In this document: piece by piece, positions 38,824 to 48,724 of the stretch
Position numbering within the stretch: the first letter of the stretch is position 1
Layout: every line of letters begins with the position of its first letter
From: an uncultured Candidatus Binatia bacterium
GTDB lineage: Bacteria > Desulfobacterota > Binatia > UBA9968 > JAJDTQ01
Length of the DNA: 64,000 bases
Assembly (NCBI GenBank): GCA_965213675.1
Contig: OZ243916.1
Span: forward strand, 1,888,001 to 1,952,000
Reading direction: 5' to 3'
Notes under the pieces: generated by a model
Seen by the model: the letters and a program-made list of their open reading frames with translations, nothing else
Database searches by the model: none
What the model was told of the DNA's origin: nothing
Translations under genes and position numbers: made by a program

Positions 38824-39565
38824 ACCGCTGCTCTCCGCCCGCGCCCTCACCAAGACCTACGGGGCCATCAAGGCCACGGACTCCCTGTCCCTGGACGTGG
38901 TCCACGGCGAGATCCACGCGCTCATCGGCCCAAACGGGGCGGGCAAGACCACGGCCATCAAGCAGCTTTCCGGGGAGGTGGCGCCGGACCAGGGCGCCAT
39001 CCGCCTCGACGGACGCGACATTACCCGAAGGTCCATGCACGAGCGCGCGCGGCTGGGACTGGCGCGGTCGTTCCAGATCACGTCGGTATTCGGCGGATTC
39101 ACTGCCGAAGACAATGTCGCCATGGCGGTGCAGGCCCACGACGGCCACTCCTTCCGCTTCTGGCGTCCTGCGCGGTCGGACCCGTCATTGCGGGCTCCCG
39201 CCCGCCACGCCCTGGAGCAGGTGGGCCTGGACCCACGCGGCGGGATCCTCGCGCGCAACCTCGCTCACGGCGAGCAGCGGCAACTGGAGATCGCCATGGC
39301 GCTGGCCACCCGCCCCACGCTGCTCCTGCTGGACGAACCCATGGCCGGAATGGGTCCGGACGAAGCCCGGCGCATGGTGGAGCTGCTGAGCGAACTCAAG
39401 GGACACGTGGCCATGCTGTTGGTGGAGCACGACATGGACGCGGTGTTCACCCTGGCGGATCGTGTCACCGTGCTGGTAAGCGGATGCGAAGTAGCCACCG
39501 GCTCTCCGAACGCCATCCGCGCCAACCGGGTAGTGCGGGAGGCGTACCTGGGGGAGGACGCCTAG
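38816..39565 (+). CDS. LivG-like ABC ATP-binding protein
   Basis: GPNGAGKT, LLDEPMAG, VEHDMD, EAYLG. Confidence 0.92.
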   Translation: MTEPLLSARALTKTYGAIKATDSLSLDVVHGEIHALIGPNGAGKTTAIKQLSGEVAPDQGAIRLDGRDITRRSMHERARLGLARSFQITSVFGGFTAEDNVAMAVQAHDGHSFRFWRPARSDPSLRAPARHALEQVGLDPRGGILARNLAHGEQRQLEIAMALATRPTLLLLDEPMAGMGPDEARRMVELLSELKGHVAMLLVEHDMDAVFTLADRVTVLVSGCEVATGSPNAIRANRVVREAYLGEDA

Positions 39566-39606
39566 GACCTTGCGCCAGGAGCACGCGCGATTCCAGGAAT
39601 AACCCG

Positions 39607-40320
39607 ATGCTGGAACTCGAAGGCATCCAGACATTCTACGGCGCGAGCCAGATCCTGTTCGACGTGAGCCTGCGGGTGGACGCCGGCGAGATAGTAACCC
39701 TGATGGGCCGCAACGGCATGGGCAAGACCACCACCGTGCGCTCCATCATGGGACTGACGCCGCCGCGGGCAGGAAGGATCCGTTTTCAGGACGTCGAAAT
39801 CCAGAACAAGCCGAGCTACATGGCGGCCCGGGCCGGCATCGGTCTGGTGCCAGAGGGGCGGCAGGTCTTCCCCAACCTGACCGTGCGCGAGAACCTGGTG
39901 GTGGCGGGCGGATACGGCGCCGCTTCCCAAGGTCCCGGCGCGGACCCCTGGACCGTGGAACGCATCTACGAGATGTTCCCCGCGCTGGAGGCGCGCGGGA
40001 ACCTGTACGGCCGCGCCTTGTCGGGCGGCGAGCAGCAGATGCTCGCCATCGGCCGCGCGCTCATGACCAACGCGCGTTTGATCCTTCTGGACGAGGCCAC
40101 CGAGGGGCTGGCCCCGCTCGTTTGCGCCGACATCTGGCGCTGCCTGGACCGGCTCAAGGCCGTGGGGCAGGCCATCCTCCTCATCGACAGCAACCACGGA
40201 GCCCTGATGCGAATCGCGGACCGCCACTACATCATGGAAAAGGGGCGGATCGTCTGGACCGGCGGCTCCGCCGAACTGGCCAGCGCCGAGGACGTGCGGC
40301 ACCGCTATCTCGGGGTGTAG
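39607..40320 (+). CDS. LivF-like ABC ATP-binding protein
   Basis: GRNGMGKT, VPEGRQVF, LSGGEQQMLAIGR. Confidence 0.92.
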   Translation: MLELEGIQTFYGASQILFDVSLRVDAGEIVTLMGRNGMGKTTTVRSIMGLTPPRAGRIRFQDVEIQNKPSYMAARAGIGLVPEGRQVFPNLTVRENLVVAGGYGAASQGPGADPWTVERIYEMFPALEARGNLYGRALSGGEQQMLAIGRALMTNARLILLDEATEGLAPLVCADIWRCLDRLKAVGQAILLIDSNHGALMRIADRHYIMEKGRIVWTGGSAELASAEDVRHRYLGV

Positions 40321-40364
40321 GGCAACCAACCCCAGCCCAGGAGCTTGCGCCACAGGACGTTCCC

Positions 40365-40388
40365 GTAGGGGCGACCGGCGGTCGCCCC
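40365..40388. repeat. GTAG-type REP
   Basis: gtaggggcgaccggcggtcgcccc. Confidence 0.8.
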
Positions 40389-40470
40389 CGGTTTGCGGTC
40401 ATAGGGCGCGGCCTGCTTGCGCTGGCCGCCCGGGGCCGAAACGAGGGTTGCCGTGGGCTGGGAATCTCCC

Positions 40471-40499
40471 TTGTCACCCCGATGCCGTTATAGTAGTTT
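40471..40499 (+). promoter_or_regulatory. Putative sigma70 promoter for a leaderless transcript
   Basis: TTGTCA-N17-TAGTTT ending 7 nt before ATG 40507; no RBS. Confidence 0.5.
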
Positions 40500-40506
40500 C
40501 GGGCCA

Positions 40507-41283
40507 ATGGAACCCTACATCCGCTCCACCGGCATCACGCTGACCTTCACGCCCAAGAACCGCAATCCGGTGACGGCACTCAAGGATTTCCACATCGAGC
40601 TGAGCAGCGGCGAGTTCGTCTCCATCGTAGGGCCGTCGGGCTGCGGCAAGAGCACGTTCCTGAACGTGCTCCTGGGGCTGCTCAAGCCCGACGCCGGCGA
40701 AATGGAGATCGGCGGCAAGAAGATTACCGGGCCGGGGGTGGAGCGGGCGATGGTCTTTCAGGAGTTCGGCCTGCTGCCGTGGCGCACGGTCATGGCCAAC
40801 GTGGAGTTGGGACCGGAACTCAAGGGAGAATCGGTGGCCTCGCGCCGGCCGCGCGCCCAGGAACTCATCAACCTAGTGGGCCTCACGGGATTCGAAGGAC
40901 ACTTTCCGCACGAGCTGTCGGGCGGCATGAAACAGCGGGTGGGGCTTGCCCGGGCGCTGGCCACGGATCCCGAAGTGCTGCTCATGGACGAGCCCTTCGC
41001 CGCGCTGGACGCGCAGACCCGGGACCTCATGCAGGCGGAGTTGCTGCAGATCTGGGACAAGCACAAGAAGACCGTGCTGTTCGTCACCCACAGCATCGAG
41101 GAAGCGGCCTACCTCTCGGACCGCGTCATCGTGATGACCGCGCGGCCGGGCCGGACCAAACGGATCATCAAGATCCACCTGCCGCGGCCGCGGGACTACG
41201 AGATGCGCCTGACACCCGAGTTCAACGACATCAAGCTCGACATCTGGAACACCCTCAAGGACGAGCTGAACCCGAGGGAGTAG
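40507..41283 (+). CDS. NitT/TauT-family ABC ATP-binding protein
   Basis: GPSGCGKST, LLPWRT, LSGGMKQR, DEPFAALD, FVTHSIEEA. Confidence 0.93.
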   Translation: MEPYIRSTGITLTFTPKNRNPVTALKDFHIELSSGEFVSIVGPSGCGKSTFLNVLLGLLKPDAGEMEIGGKKITGPGVERAMVFQEFGLLPWRTVMANVELGPELKGESVASRRPRAQELINLVGLTGFEGHFPHELSGGMKQRVGLARALATDPEVLLMDEPFAALDAQTRDLMQAELLQIWDKHKKTVLFVTHSIEEAAYLSDRVIVMTARPGRTKRIIKIHLPRPRDYEMRLTPEFNDIKLDIWNTLKDELNPRE

Positions 41284-41284
41284 C

Positions 41285-42070
41285 ATGGGGATCAAGGGAC
41301 TTTCGGAAGGCACCGTGCGCTTCCTGTTGGGGGCGGGGGCGGTGGCGGGCTTCTTCCTTGTGTGGGAGTTCCTGCTCACCTACGTCTTCGTCTTCAACCC
41401 ATTCTTCATCACCAAGCCGTCGCTGATGTGGGCGGCCACGGGCGACCTGATCCTGAGCGGCGAGTTGTGGAAGGACCTTTACGTCAGTGGCAGGCCCTTC
41501 GTGTACGGATTCGCCGGCGCGGTGGTGGTCGGCATTCCGCTGGGGGTGGTGATGGGATGGCGCCGCCGCGTGGCGTTCGCGCTGGACCCGTTCCTCACCG
41601 CCATGTACGCGAGCCCGCTGGTGGCGCTGGCGCCGCTGCTCATCGTGATGTTCGGCGTGGGTGTCAAGGGCAAGGCCATCCTGATCTTCCTGCTGGCGGT
41701 GTTCCCCTTCATCTTCAACGCCTTCGCTGGCGTCCGCTCCGTGGACACGCTGCTCATCAACGTGGTCCGGTCCCTGGGCGGCAAGGAGCGCGATCTCTAT
41801 CTCAAGGTCATCCTGCCGAGCACCCTCCCCTACATCGTGGCGGGCGCGCGCATCGCCATCGGCCGGGGCATCGTCGGCATCATCGTAGGCGAGTTCTACG
41901 CCGCCTCCGAAGGCATCGGCCACGCGCTCATCTGGTACGGCGACATGTACCAGCTGGCGCAGATGTTCGTATGCATCCTCGTGCTGATGATCATTGCCGT
42001 GATCTTCACCCAAGGCCTGCGCAGGGCCGAACTCGCCATCGCGCCCTGGCGCACCCGGGAGAACCGATGA
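41285..42070 (+). CDS. NitT/TauT-family ABC permease
   Basis: Hydrophobic; RSLGG...KVILPSTLPYI...GEF. Confidence 0.9.
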   Translation: MGIKGLSEGTVRFLLGAGAVAGFFLVWEFLLTYVFVFNPFFITKPSLMWAATGDLILSGELWKDLYVSGRPFVYGFAGAVVVGIPLGVVMGWRRRVAFALDPFLTAMYASPLVALAPLLIVMFGVGVKGKAILIFLLAVFPFIFNAFAGVRSVDTLLINVVRSLGGKERDLYLKVILPSTLPYIVAGARIAIGRGIVGIIVGEFYAASEGIGHALIWYGDMYQLAQMFVCILVLMIIAVIFTQGLRRAELAIAPWRTRENR

Positions 42071-42867
42071 ACCGCTTGCTGTCGCAGTACCGGGAGAAAG
42101 AAGAACCCATTCTGGGATGGGGCTTCATCGTGCTGTTCCTGCTGGCGTGGGAGATCCTGCCCTCGGTGGTGACGCTGCCCAAGGGACTGGCGCTGTTCTT
42201 CACCACCCCGTACCACATCGCCCTCAAGCTGTTCGAGATGACCACCTCCGGGCAGGTGGCGTTCCACTTCTACGTCAGCGCCACCGAGTTCATCGTCGGA
42301 CTCGGGCTCTCCATCGTCGTTGCGCTGCCGATGGGACTGGTCATGGGACGTTTCAACACGCTCAACGCCATGTTCGACCCCTTCGTCTCCGCCTTCAACG
42401 CCACCCCGCGCCTGGTCTTCCTGCCGCTGATCGTGCTGTGGTTCGGCTTCGGCATCTGGTCCACGGTGGTCATCGTCTTCATCGGCGCGCTGTTCCCGCT
42501 CCTCATCAACACCTACGAAGGCGTCAAGAACGTCGACCGCGTGCTCGTCAACGTCGTCCGCTCCTTCGGCGCCAACGAGTGGCAGCTCATGAAGATCGTG
42601 GTGCTGCCCAACTCCATGCCCTACATCATCGCCGGCCTCCGGCTGGCCATCGGCCGCGCCATCCTGGGCGTCGTGGTGGGAGAGTTCTTCGGCTCCGACC
42701 AAGGCGTCGGCTTCCTCATGGCCGAGGCCGCCGGCAACTACATCGTCGACGTCGTCTTCGCCGGCCTCATCCTGTTCATGAGCATCTCCCTTGTGATGAC
42801 CATGGCCGTCAAGAAGCTCGAAGAGCGGCTGAGCAAGTGGCGGCCGGAGCAGGTGAAGACGTTCTGA
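42067..42867 (+). CDS. NitT/TauT-family ABC permease
   Basis: ATGA overlap with upstream permease; RSFGA...VVLPNSMPYI...VGEFF. Confidence 0.9.
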   Translation: MNRLLSQYREKEEPILGWGFIVLFLLAWEILPSVVTLPKGLALFFTTPYHIALKLFEMTTSGQVAFHFYVSATEFIVGLGLSIVVALPMGLVMGRFNTLNAMFDPFVSAFNATPRLVFLPLIVLWFGFGIWSTVVIVFIGALFPLLINTYEGVKNVDRVLVNVVRSFGANEWQLMKIVVLPNSMPYIIAGLRLAIGRAILGVVVGEFFGSDQGVGFLMAEAAGNYIVDVVFAGLILFMSISLVMTMAVKKLEERLSKWRPEQVKTF

Positions 42868-42980
42868 GGGCTGGCGGTTCCGCCAGCAGAAACTTTCCGC
42901 GTTGGTGACACCCCCGGCCCATGGAACGTCCGTGACAGGATCGAGCTTGCCGCGCCGGGTGTGATCCATGGCGTTCCGAA

Positions 42981-43144
42981 CCAGTGTCGGGTCCCGTAAA
43001 TTACTGCGACAAGTTGCGCAGAAATTTTTATTGTCGGCAAGGCGCGATGACGAGCAGTGGCGGTTACCACGCGAGGAAGAGCCACGCAGCCGGAGGCGAA
43101 AAGAACCGCAAATTATCGCAGGAATTTACGGGACACGACACCAG
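42981..43144. mobile_element. MITE family 1, full-length copy
   Basis: ccag-tgtcgggtcccgtaaattactgcg...cgcaggaatttacgggacacgaca-ccag; interior homologous to 22896-23061. Confidence 0.9.
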
Positions 43145-43159
43145 GTTCCAATGACACAA

Positions 43160-43528
43160 CTAAATGAACTTCTCCGGTGATACCTTGAACAGCGTTGCCA
43201 GCTTCCGAGCCGTCTTCAGGCTGATCGACCTCACCGCCCGTTCCATGTTTGAGACGTGCTGGCGGGGAACGTCGCCCAGCAACCTGCCCAACTGCGCCTG
43301 CGTCAACCCGTGGTTTTCCCTGTAGATTCTCAGATTTTCGCCTGGAGTCATTCGGGACTTGACTTCTCGGTACCAGTCGGTATCGAACACATCTACATAC
43401 TCATCGTCGTGCTCTTCCGAGACAACAACTTGATCGCCAAACTCTGCTTCCAAAGCGGACATCAGCCGATCCGGGATATTTCCCTTGATGCTGATCTCAA
43501 TATGGGGCGTTTTCACGACTGCCAGCAT
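43160..43528 (-). CDS. HigA-like XRE HTH antitoxin
   Basis: LRIYRENHGLTQAQLGRLLG...VSNME...ISLKTARKLA; downstream of and overlapping the toxin gene. Confidence 0.85.
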   Translation of the reverse strand: MLAVVKTPHIEISIKGNIPDRLMSALEAEFGDQVVVSEEHDDEYVDVFDTDWYREVKSRMTPGENLRIYRENHGLTQAQLGRLLGDVPRQHVSNMERAVRSISLKTARKLATLFKVSPEKFI

Positions 43529-43763
43529 AGTAGACCTCAATCGTCTCGGAAGCACGATTGTGACAGTACCAGCAAGCCACCCAACCGCGGTAAAGGTGGC
43601 AGTGATATGTGTCCCTTCCCAGTTTGCTGAAGTTCGGCCAATCTCCTCTGGTCGGTCCCTTGTCCCGCAAATCCTCCACAAGATTAGCGAACCGTCGTTG
43701 AACAGGTTCAGGCAGCCTTCCAATGTGCCTCAAGACCTTCCGCTTGATGACGACGTCATACAT
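43497..43763 (-). CDS. RelE/HigB-like toxin
   Basis: 88 aa; YDVVIK...RLPEPVQ...WPNFSKL...YHCHL...IEVYYAGSRENAPY; toxin-first pair with HTH gene. Confidence 0.8.
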   Translation of the reverse strand: MYDVVIKRKVLRHIGRLPEPVQRRFANLVEDLRDKGPTRGDWPNFSKLGRDTYHCHLYRGWVACWYCHNRASETIEVYYAGSRENAPY

Positions 43764-43769
43764 GCATAA

Positions 43770-43788
43770 GTAACCTGTTTTTAGTTAC
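43770..43788. promoter_or_regulatory. Putative TA operator palindrome
   Basis: GTAAC-N9-GTTAC just upstream of toxin start. Confidence 0.45.
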
Positions 43789-43875
43789 ACTTCAAAGGCT
43801 CGGCGCTCTCACCCCGCGGCCTTGAAAACGTTGTCGTTCAGCCGCGCGACGACATCCTCGAGACCCTGTTTCCAA

Positions 43876-43951
43876 CTCCCCACGGGCAAGACCTCGCCTT
43901 CCTGGGGTGACCGAAGAGTTCCGATTCCACCAGTTCGGAGGGTATGGCGGC
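43876..43951 (-). pseudogene. Relic of sigma54-dependent activator AAA domain
   Basis: AAIPSELVESELFGH immediately after the SDR stop, then QEGEVLPVGS in a shifted frame. Confidence 0.6.
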
Positions 43952-44692
43952 TCAGTTCATCACCACGCCGCCGTTGACGTTCAGCGTGTAGCCGGTGATG
44001 TAGGTGTTCTGGGGGCTGACGAGGAAGTAGAAACCTTCGGCGATGTCCTCGGGCTGGCCGGTGCGGCCCATGGGGATGAGCGGTTTCCAGGCGTCGCGGG
44101 AGCCGGGGGCGGCCTTGGCGAGGACGCGCGGGGTATCGGTGGGGCCGGGGGCGACGGCGTTGACGAGGACGCCGTAGGGGGCGAGTTCCTGGGCCAGGGA
44201 TTTGGTGAAGCCGAGGACGCCGGCCTTGGCGGCCGAGTAGGGGGTGCGCAGGGCGCAGCCGGTGAGGCCGTAGTTGGATGCGGTGTTGACGATGCGGCCG
44301 CGCCGTTGCTCCATCATGCCGGGGGCCACCTCACGGCAGAAGAGGAACGTGCCCTTGAGGTTCACGTCCAGCACTTCGCGCCATTCGGCCCAGGACAGGT
44401 CCTCCACGGCTTTGGTGTGGATGGTGCCGCCGGCGAGGTTGCAGAGGATGTCGATGGGTCCGAGATCCTCGCGCACCCGCGTCACCACTTCCTGGATCTC
44501 CGCGGCTCGGGTTACATCGACGCCGTAGGCGCGCGCACGCGCGCCCGCGGCGGCCAGCTCGTCCACGACCCCTGCCGCGCTCTCGCGGTCGGCGTCGGCA
44601 ATGGCCACGGCGATGCCTTCACGGGCGAACCGCAATGCGACGCAACGGCCAATGCCGTTGGCGCCGCCGGTGATGATGGCTACTTCGCTCAA
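43952..44692 (-). CDS. SDR-family oxidoreductase
   Basis: TGGANGIG, YSAAK, NAVAPG; TTG start with AAAGGA RBS. Confidence 0.92.
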   Translation of the reverse strand: MSEVAIITGGANGIGRCVALRFAREGIAVAIADADRESAAGVVDELAAAGARARAYGVDVTRAAEIQEVVTRVREDLGPIDILCNLAGGTIHTKAVEDLSWAEWREVLDVNLKGTFLFCREVAPGMMEQRRGRIVNTASNYGLTGCALRTPYSAAKAGVLGFTKSLAQELAPYGVLVNAVAPGPTDTPRVLAKAAPGSRDAWKPLIPMGRTGQPEDIAEGFYFLVSPQNTYITGYTLNVNGGVVMN

Positions 44693-44794
44693 TTTCGGGT
44701 TCCTTTGCCTGAGGTGGACGCCGCAGGGGCGGCCGCCGGTCGCCCTTGGTCGATCGATTCCGAAGTGACGTTGCAGCAAACGTGCTGCTGCCAG

Positions 44795-46186
44795 TCATCT
44801 GGCCTGAAGGAAATCCTCCAGGCGCACCTGACCGGCGCCCATGGGCTGCAGGCGTTCGAACTCGAAGCGCCGCGCCGGGTCGCACTCGGGCGGCTTGGTG
44901 GCGTCGATCATCACCTTGCCGCCCACCCGGTGCCAGCCGGGCGCGCCGGGCTTGCCCACCTCCTGGCACGAGGGGTCCATGGCGTGGACCTTGGCGCCCG
45001 GGATGGTGATGATGTCCTCGGCCGGGTTGACGCGCGTGGAGATGGCCCACAGCACGTCGGCGTAGTTGAAGATGTCCACATCCTCGTCCACGGCGATGGC
45101 CACCTTGGGGTGCTGGTACTCGCTGGACAGGGCGGCCATGAGCACGTTGCGCGCTTCGCCGTAGTAGCGGGCGTTCATCTGCACGACGATGCCGAAGATG
45201 CCCGGCAGCGCCAGCACGTTCTTTACTTGGGCGCCACCGCCCACGCCGCGGATGCGCCGCAGGATCTGCGCGGACATGGGCACCTTGTGGTACACGCAGC
45301 CTTCCACCTCAGCGCCGTTCTGAATGTTCTTGAAGATGGCGTCGCCGCGCATGGTGACGGCATTGACCTGGAACACCGGGTTCTGTCCCGCGCCGGCCAG
45401 GTAGTAGTCCTGGAATTCGCTGAAGGGTCCTTCCTCCTCGCGCACGTGGGGCAGAATCTCCCCTTCCAGCACCACCTCGGCCTGGGCCGGTACCTCCATG
45501 TCGAGGGTCTCGCACTTCACCATTTCCACTTCTTCCTGGAGAAGCGCCGAGGCGATGGTGAGTTCGTCCCGCCCGTAGTCCGTGGAGGTGGCGGCGGCGA
45601 AGTAGTACATGGGATGGTGGCCGATCATGAACGCCACGGGCATGCCCTCGCCCCTGGTTTCGTGTTTCTGGTAGTTGGTCCAGCCGTGGCGCGGGTAGAG
45701 CAGGATGCCCGTCTTGCGCGGGCCCTTCATCTGCAGGCGGTGGAAGCTCAGGTTGCGGTTGCCGGTGTCCGGGTCCTTGGAGATCATGAGCCCGGCGGAG
45801 ATGAAGGGGCCGCCGTCGCGGATGCCGCACTGGTGGATCGGCAGCTTCGTGATGTCCACCGCGTCGCCCTTGAGGATGCGTTCCTTGACTGGTCCCGACG
45901 GCACCAACCGGGTGGCGCCGGGCTCCTGGGTGCGCCGGACGAACTCGGGCACCATGTCATTGCGGTCGCAGCCGAAGGCCAATGGGGCGAGGCGCACGTC
46001 CCCTGGCGCCTGGCCGAGACAGCGCCAGCCCGGATACCCCGCGAGATTCTCGAACAGCAGCGCGCGTTCGCGCGACTGCCACAGAAGCGCGCCCATCTGG
46101 GTGCGCGGATCCACCGGTTTGGAGATGGTGTCGAGCACACCGGCGCCGCGCAACTGGTCGATCCAGGTGCGAATGTCTTTTTTCAT
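44795..46186 (-). CDS. UbiD-family (prFMN-dependent) decarboxylase
   Basis: DGGPFI, NLSFHR, EEGPFSEF, VDEDVDI, MDPS, IDATKP. Confidence 0.93.
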   Translation of the reverse strand: MKKDIRTWIDQLRGAGVLDTISKPVDPRTQMGALLWQSRERALLFENLAGYPGWRCLGQAPGDVRLAPLAFGCDRNDMVPEFVRRTQEPGATRLVPSGPVKERILKGDAVDITKLPIHQCGIRDGGPFISAGLMISKDPDTGNRNLSFHRLQMKGPRKTGILLYPRHGWTNYQKHETRGEGMPVAFMIGHHPMYYFAAATSTDYGRDELTIASALLQEEVEMVKCETLDMEVPAQAEVVLEGEILPHVREEEGPFSEFQDYYLAGAGQNPVFQVNAVTMRGDAIFKNIQNGAEVEGCVYHKVPMSAQILRRIRGVGGGAQVKNVLALPGIFGIVVQMNARYYGEARNVLMAALSSEYQHPKVAIAVDEDVDIFNYADVLWAISTRVNPAEDIITIPGAKVHAMDPSCQEVGKPGAPGWHRVGGKVMIDATKPPECDPARRFEFERLQPMGAGQVRLEDFLQAR

Positions 46187-46266
46187 GAACTGTCCGGTGT
46201 CGTGTCCGTTGAAGAGTCATGCCGCCCGGCGCGTGGAGCGCGCCGGACGGCAATCGAACTGGCACA

Positions 46267-47367
46267 CTATTTCTTGCGAGCCAACAGCGCGGGAATGTAC
46301 TCGTTCTTGAGGTAGTCCCATCCCGGCGAGGGCTTGAGCAGGTCGTTGGTGATCTTGTCCGCGTCCGGACCCTTGATGTAGTCCAGCTTGAGCCCGAAGA
46401 TCTTCTCCCACTCCTTCACATAGGCAGGATCGGAGTACATCTTGTCGAAGGCGGCCCGGATGATCGCCACGCGATCCGCGGGTGTCCCTGGCGGCACCAC
46501 CAGCGTACGGTTCAGAGTCCGCAGAGTGGGACCGGTCAGCTTGTACGCTTCCCATGCCGGGCCCGAGGGCGCCTCGCCCTTCACGTTCTTGTAGACCTCC
46601 TCGAAGGTCTGGATGTCGGTACCCGGAGAGCGGATGACCTTCCCGTCGGGAGTCAATACGCCACCTTGCCAGATGACGACGGCGACCCCGTCCTTGATGG
46701 ACGAGTAATACCGGCCGCCGCTGCCGAGCACGTGATGGAGCCCGGTGCCGCCGACGTAGGAAACTTCTCCGGACAGGAACGCAAGCGCCATCTGGGCGGT
46801 TCCGGGATAACCCACCGCGAACTTGTAGCCCTTGATGCCCAGCAGATCGAGCCCGATTGCGTCGTTCAGAAAGGACGACCCGGTCAGGGAACGCCCGGAA
46901 ACCGCGATCTTCGAAGGATCGATCTTGGTCAGCTCGACCCCGGTCTTGACCTTGAGAAAGTCACGGACGATGGCGGCGGAAGCGCCGCTGGTAGAATAGA
47001 TCGCCGGCATCTTCGTCAGGTCGAAGTTGGGCTTGGGCTCCCTCAGAACCGAACTGCTCAGGTGCGTCGTGCCCATGATGGACCAGGTGAGCCCGTCCTT
47101 CTTGGCCTTGTGGTGCACGTAGGCGCCGTGGATCAGACCGGAGGCGCCGGGCATGTTGATCTTCACCACCTTCGTAGGCATGCCTGGAAGATACTTGCCG
47201 ATCCGGCGGGCGATGAGCCGGCCCTCGGTGTCGTGGCCGCCGCCAGGGGAATAGCCGGAAAGGATCTGGATTCTCTTGCCCTCAGTGAAGGCCTGCGCGG
47301 AGCCATGGACAAGAGTCCCCAGCACCGCACAGGTCACGAATAACAACGACAATCTGCGTAGGGTCAT
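46267..47367 (-). CDS. TctC/Bug-like substrate-binding protein
   Basis: Signal peptide; GYSPGGGHD, NMPGASG, GYPGT. Confidence 0.85.
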   Translation of the reverse strand: MTLRRLSLLFVTCAVLGTLVHGSAQAFTEGKRIQILSGYSPGGGHDTEGRLIARRIGKYLPGMPTKVVKINMPGASGLIHGAYVHHKAKKDGLTWSIMGTTHLSSSVLREPKPNFDLTKMPAIYSTSGASAAIVRDFLKVKTGVELTKIDPSKIAVSGRSLTGSSFLNDAIGLDLLGIKGYKFAVGYPGTAQMALAFLSGEVSYVGGTGLHHVLGSGGRYYSSIKDGVAVVIWQGGVLTPDGKVIRSPGTDIQTFEEVYKNVKGEAPSGPAWEAYKLTGPTLRTLNRTLVVPPGTPADRVAIIRAAFDKMYSDPAYVKEWEKIFGLKLDYIKGPDADKITNDLLKPSPGWDYLKNEYIPALLARKK

Positions 47368-47418
47368 GGATTTCTCCCTTCTTGCTCGGGATGCGTCGCC
47401 CCTCCCCTCAACCAACAC

Positions 47419-48504
47419 CTACTTGGCGGCGACGAACTTGCGGAGATGGTCCTGCCACTCGGCAGGCGCCATGGTTTCGTCGCGGATCCTGCTCGCATCC
47501 TCAGGCGTCACGAGCACGGGCCCAAGCTCCTGGCCGAAGACCCGCTCCCAGTCCTTGACGAACCCCGGGTCCTTGGACATCTTGCCGACCGCCTCGCGCA
47601 ACTCCTGGACCCTGGATGCGGCAATGCCCGGAGGCAGCACCAGGGTACGGGTCAGATTCGAGATGCCGAGACCGATGGCGCGCCACGCTTCCCAATCCGG
47701 GCCCGAGGGCTCCTTCTTGTGGTGCGCCTTGTACACCTCATACAGCGTGGGGACATCCCCCTTTACCGTAGCGGACCGTGCGATGGTGCCATCGCCCTTG
47801 AGGATACCGCTCTGGTACATGGGGAATACGAGTTTGCGTTGATGCAGATCCACAAAGGCGCCGCCGCCCACCAGGTGCGCGTCGCTGGCCACGAAGTAGC
47901 TCGCCTCACCCCGTTCCATGGCGGCCCTGATGGGTGAGGTTCCCCCGTACGCGCACACCGCCGTGTACTCATCGACTCCCAGAAGGCGCAGGGCCAACTG
48001 GCCGCGCAGGCATGAGGAACCCTGCTTGGAGCGGCCCGCCACCACTATCTTCGAGCGGTCGACCTTGGTCAACAGATCGTTGGCGTTTCTGGCTCCGAGA
48101 AACTCCCGCGTCAAATGAACCTGGATGCCAGCTACGGACCAGATGATCGGCATCTTCAAGAGATCGTACTTGACCATCTCGGGCGGCGCGAGCACGGCCT
48201 GGAGTCCGTGGCTGCTGCCGAAAAGGCCGATTGTGGTGCCGTCGGGCTTGGCCCGGTTGTACACATAGGAGGACATGATCATGCCGCCGGCCCCGGGCAT
48301 GTTCTGGACGATGATCTTGGGGTTTCCATCCAGGTACTTCCCCAAGTACCGCGCCATGACCCGTGCCTCGATGTCGTGACCGCCCCCGGGCGGATAACCG
48401 ATGAGGATGTTAATCGTCTTGGCCTGCGCCGTGGTCGCCAACAACCCGGCGAAGAGCAACAAAAAGAACAAGGTGGACCAACTCGCCGCTTTCGATCTCG
48501 TCAT
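47419..48504 (-). CDS. TctC/Bug-like substrate-binding protein
   Basis: Signal peptide; GYPPGGGHD, QNMPGAGG, AKPDG, AMERGE. Confidence 0.88.
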   Translation of the reverse strand: MTRSKAASWSTLFFLLLFAGLLATTAQAKTINILIGYPPGGGHDIEARVMARYLGKYLDGNPKIIVQNMPGAGGMIMSSYVYNRAKPDGTTIGLFGSSHGLQAVLAPPEMVKYDLLKMPIIWSVAGIQVHLTREFLGARNANDLLTKVDRSKIVVAGRSKQGSSCLRGQLALRLLGVDEYTAVCAYGGTSPIRAAMERGEASYFVASDAHLVGGGAFVDLHQRKLVFPMYQSGILKGDGTIARSATVKGDVPTLYEVYKAHHKKEPSGPDWEAWRAIGLGISNLTRTLVLPPGIAASRVQELREAVGKMSKDPGFVKDWERVFGQELGPVLVTPEDASRIRDETMAPAEWQDHLRKFVAAK

Positions 48505-48589
48505 AATTCGTTCACCTCTCGACTCATGGAGCCATTCATTCGGGCACGCCCGCCCGCCGCATTCCGCGTTGCGTGGAAACCCGGCAACA

Positions 48590-48637
48590 AACGCAAACGG
48601 GCTGAGGACTCCCGTACAACCGAGTTCCTCAGCCCGT
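48590..48637 (-). terminator. Putative intrinsic terminator
   Basis: acgggctgagga...tcctcagcccgt hairpin followed by ttgcgtttgtt on minus strand. Confidence 0.55.
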
Positions 48638-48724
48638 CTGTCCTTGACGGCCGTCCCTGCCGGAACCGACCTGCATCAGGAGTGTCCCGGCGCGAAAACC
48701 GGGGGCGCTCCGTCCGCACCAAAC

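Noticed and set aside
43952-43954. SDR TGA as a second selenocysteine codon (aligns with Cys of NCAAIP)
   Set aside because: The SDR is complete at this point, the downstream motif is only a short broken fragment, and there is no convincing SECIS hairpin.
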